A DNA stretch of 36,225 nt, taken from contig ADNK01002180.1 of NCBI GenBank assembly GCA_000320545.1, positions 1 to 36,225 of the forward strand. Reading direction: 5' to 3'. The position numbers and the translations under genes are program-made. Positions within the stretch are counted from its first letter, which is position 1, and each line of letters starts with the position of its first letter. This stretch comes from Bigelowiella natans CCMP2755. Taxonomy: Eukaryota > Protista > Cercozoa. Shown one piece after another: positions 33,783 to 36,225 of this stretch. The notes beneath the pieces were generated by a model, which worked only from the letters and a program-made list of their open reading frames with translations, did no database searches and was not told where the DNA came from.

Positions 33783-36108
33783 CTATGATGAACGCCAGTT
33801 GCTTGTTTCATCTTTTCTTTGGAGAAGGTCTTCCTCGATAGTGCCCTCCATGGCCATCCGTATCACCGTGAGCTTCTTTTTCTGCCCCTGACGGTGTGCC
33901 CGACCGATGGCCTGCGACTCGATTGCATCAGCCTCTTCCTTACTTCCTGGGGGGGGCTCCATCAAGATCACATGCGTGGCCTGCTGCAAATTGGCCCCCG
34001 ACGCCGCGCTTTCAAGGCTCAGCATTATTACCTTCACCTTCTCATCGTTGTTGAACGCGGAGATGGCCTTGTTTCGCATCATCACGTTCCCCGTGCATAG
34101 GACGAACTCGATGTGCTCTTCCTGGAAGACTGCCCGGAGAATCGACATGAAGGAGTTGAAGTTGCTGAACAAGATAATACGAGAATTGGGGTCCTCGAAG
34201 ATCACGCGGAGTCGCCGGAGTACATAGCTAATCTTGGAACCCCACTTCAGCACCGATTCATCGCGACGAATCTCCTGCGCTTTCTCCTCTCCCTCCCCAC
34301 AACCAGCATCATCTCCGGCTTTATGCTCCGTCGCCCAATCGATCGCCTGGTGGAGGTCATAATCCGCTGCGACAAGTGCGCGGAAGCAATGGTCCTCTGG
34401 AAAGCCCATATCTGCAAGCATCTTTAATTCCTTGGGGTGGCTCCTCTTCACATCTCCAACAGTCAAGGAGGAGTCGGGAACATAGTCCATGCTGCGATCG
34501 CTAGCGCCATCGGTGTCGCGCGCTTCCTCGAGGAATTGATAATCACGGAGCGGGTCGGAGCTTCCACTCCACCAAAGGCCCCGCCCCCGAGAGAGGTAGC
34601 GCCCCGTCACGTAGCGCCCCAGCACATAATCGGCCCTCACATCGGAATAATAACTCTGCCAGAACCTAGAGAGCACATCTAGATCATAACCCATCACGAA
34701 ACTGACATCCTCCGCGCTCCTTTCCGCCAGAGCGTGCGCTTTCCCCTCGCGCCGCATCCCAGTATAGGCTGCTCCAGATCCTCCACGTTCCTATCGCCTC
34801 TGATCCCCGAATATACGTCTATGAAGACGGCACAGGAGAGCGGAGTGGCAAGACCTAGCGCCCTGCCCGCCCTGTCCTTTGCCCTTTGAAAGCGCTGCAA
34901 GCGATAGTACCTCTCCCGGAACGACTTGGGTCCGTATGCGGCGAAGACCCCGTGCATCTTGTTCATAATCGGGAGGAGCCTCTCCAACCTGACCATCTTC
35001 TTCACCTTCTGACACTCCATTCGCTGCAGCCTCCGCGCGCGCTGATTCTCGAGGCGCGCGGGGAGCTCCTGCTCTCGCAGCTCTAACTGCCCCGCTTTGA
35101 TCGTCCTCACCTCGCGCGCAATCGTTGCGATCTGCGAGTTGATGCCCTTCAGCCGCTCCTCAAATGCACTCTCCAAGGAGAGTGGCAGGAGGCTGGCCCC
35201 CTTCACATTCTTCTGGCTGCTGCTATGATTCTGCTCGCGAAAGCGCGAGAGGGCGGGGTGCGTGCACATCAGTCGCAGCGCCTTCGCGTCCAGCCCGTGC
35301 GTGAGGTCGTTCTCGACTTCATAGAGGCAGCGCTCGAGGGGGTGCATCTTCAGCCTTGCGACCTCCGCTTCGTAGTCGGGGACCTCGTACGCGCCCTTGA
35401 CGCACTTGACCGTGTAACGGCAGAACAGCCGCGAGTAGAGCAGCCGATCGATGCACGCGCCAAGCTTGGTGTGCAGGATCGAGTCCGGGAACTCGTCTGG
35501 AGACTTCTTCTGGGCCCTTGCCCACCGAAGGAGCTCCTTGTCTCCATGCGACTCGAGCTCGATCAGGTTCTCCCCATTCACCTTGAGGTCTATCAGTCGC
35601 AGCGCGCCCCGCGGCGTGAGCAGCAGATCGACGAACGGCGTGCCGCTCAGGTACCAGCGGAACCTGCTCCGCACGCACATCAGGTTATCGACGATGGACG
35701 TGCTCGCGCTCGCCTGTTTCGCCGAGAACAGCTCGTGGCCCTCATCTACGACGAGCCTCTCGTACATGAACGCGCCGAGCACCGGCGCCTTCACCGCGAA
35801 GTCGCCCTTGCGGAGATAGATGGCCGCCTTATTGTCCAGTGCGGCCTCCCGCTGCGCCGCGGAGCGCGCCGCGCGCTTGCCGAGCAGCTTGTTGTAGCTC
35901 GGGTTCTGCATCAGCGAGACGGAGATGACCACGATATCCGCTTCGAGAATGTCCCCGAGCGTCACCGCCCTGTGCTCGGCGGAAGTCGTGATCACGATGA
36001 CTTTGGGGGTGATGGCCGCGGTATTCACGTGCTTGTCCACCTCCCCCTTCCATTGGCGGGCGAGGTGGGAGGGGCAGGCGACCAGCGTGGCAGCGGTGCG
36101 AATGCGGC
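33783..36108 (-). CDS. SNF2-family ATPase, RAD5/RAD16/SHPRH-like, with a UBA domain; terminal exon only (5' part outside the window); apparent 1-nt frameshift near 34770
   Basis: Motif Ia ATLVACPSHLARQWKGEV, II RLVVDEGHEL, III RWYLSGTP, LRLMCTHP. HELICc lobe: GSKI...IILFSNF...SAASGANLQQATHVILMEP...QAIGRAHRQGQKK...TIEE. UBA: LKMLADMGFPEDHCFRALVAADYDLHQAIDW. The acceptor at 36109 lies behind a (CTCCC)n tract. Confidence 0.9.
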
Positions 36109-36133
36109 CTTTTTGCGCGGATGGATGAGTAAA

Positions 36134-36225
36134 GGGGGAGGGAGGGGAGGGGAGGGGAGGGGAGGGGAGGGGAGGGGAGGAGGGGGAAAGAGGGGAGAGG
36201 GGGGAGGGGGGGGGAGAGGAGGAGA
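36134..36225. repeat. (GGGGA)n purine tract (polypyrimidine on the SNF2 sense strand, intronic), running to the window end
   Basis: Visible directly. Confidence 0.9.

Noticed and set aside
1-36225. tRNA, rRNA or snRNA genes
   Set aside because: No cloverleaf, A/B-box or conserved rRNA/snRNA sequence was recognised by eye; a covariance-model scan would be needed to exclude them.

Overview
Eukaryotic (protist-like, intron-rich) nuclear DNA with GT-AG spliceosomal introns, apparently a contig running between two low-complexity ends. The taxon cannot be fixed from sequence alone; a chlorarachniophyte-type alga is only a guess. Manual splicing gives 11 genes: the 3' end of an unknown gene (+), a GST-family protein (-), an MddA/nurim-like S-methyltransferase (+), a hypothetical protein (-), a PEBP-family protein (+), an atypical DYRK/PRP4-like CMGC kinase (-), a Ppx/GppA-family phosphatase (+), a coiled-coil + 8xWD40 protein (-), SmB (+), an 8.6-kb gene with about 60-65 short introns that the ORF track misses (15-aa tandem repeats + SPRY + about 11 TM helices + C-terminal AGxxxVNGxY module) (-), and the 3' part of a RAD5/16-like SNF2 ATPase with a UBA domain and an apparent frameshift (-). 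The most unusual signal is in intergenic DNA downstream of genes (22.6-24.0 kb, 33.1-33.8 kb, weaker elsewhere): TpA survives almost only as CTAG or a TAG half-site and never as [AGT]TA[ACT]. This suggests an undescribed context-specific mutation or base-modification process. One such tract contains a 760-bp CAC..GTG TIR element. A 10-copy tandem array is made of [45-nt exon + 55/57-nt intron] units. All counts were made by hand and all gene models are unverified by transcripts.
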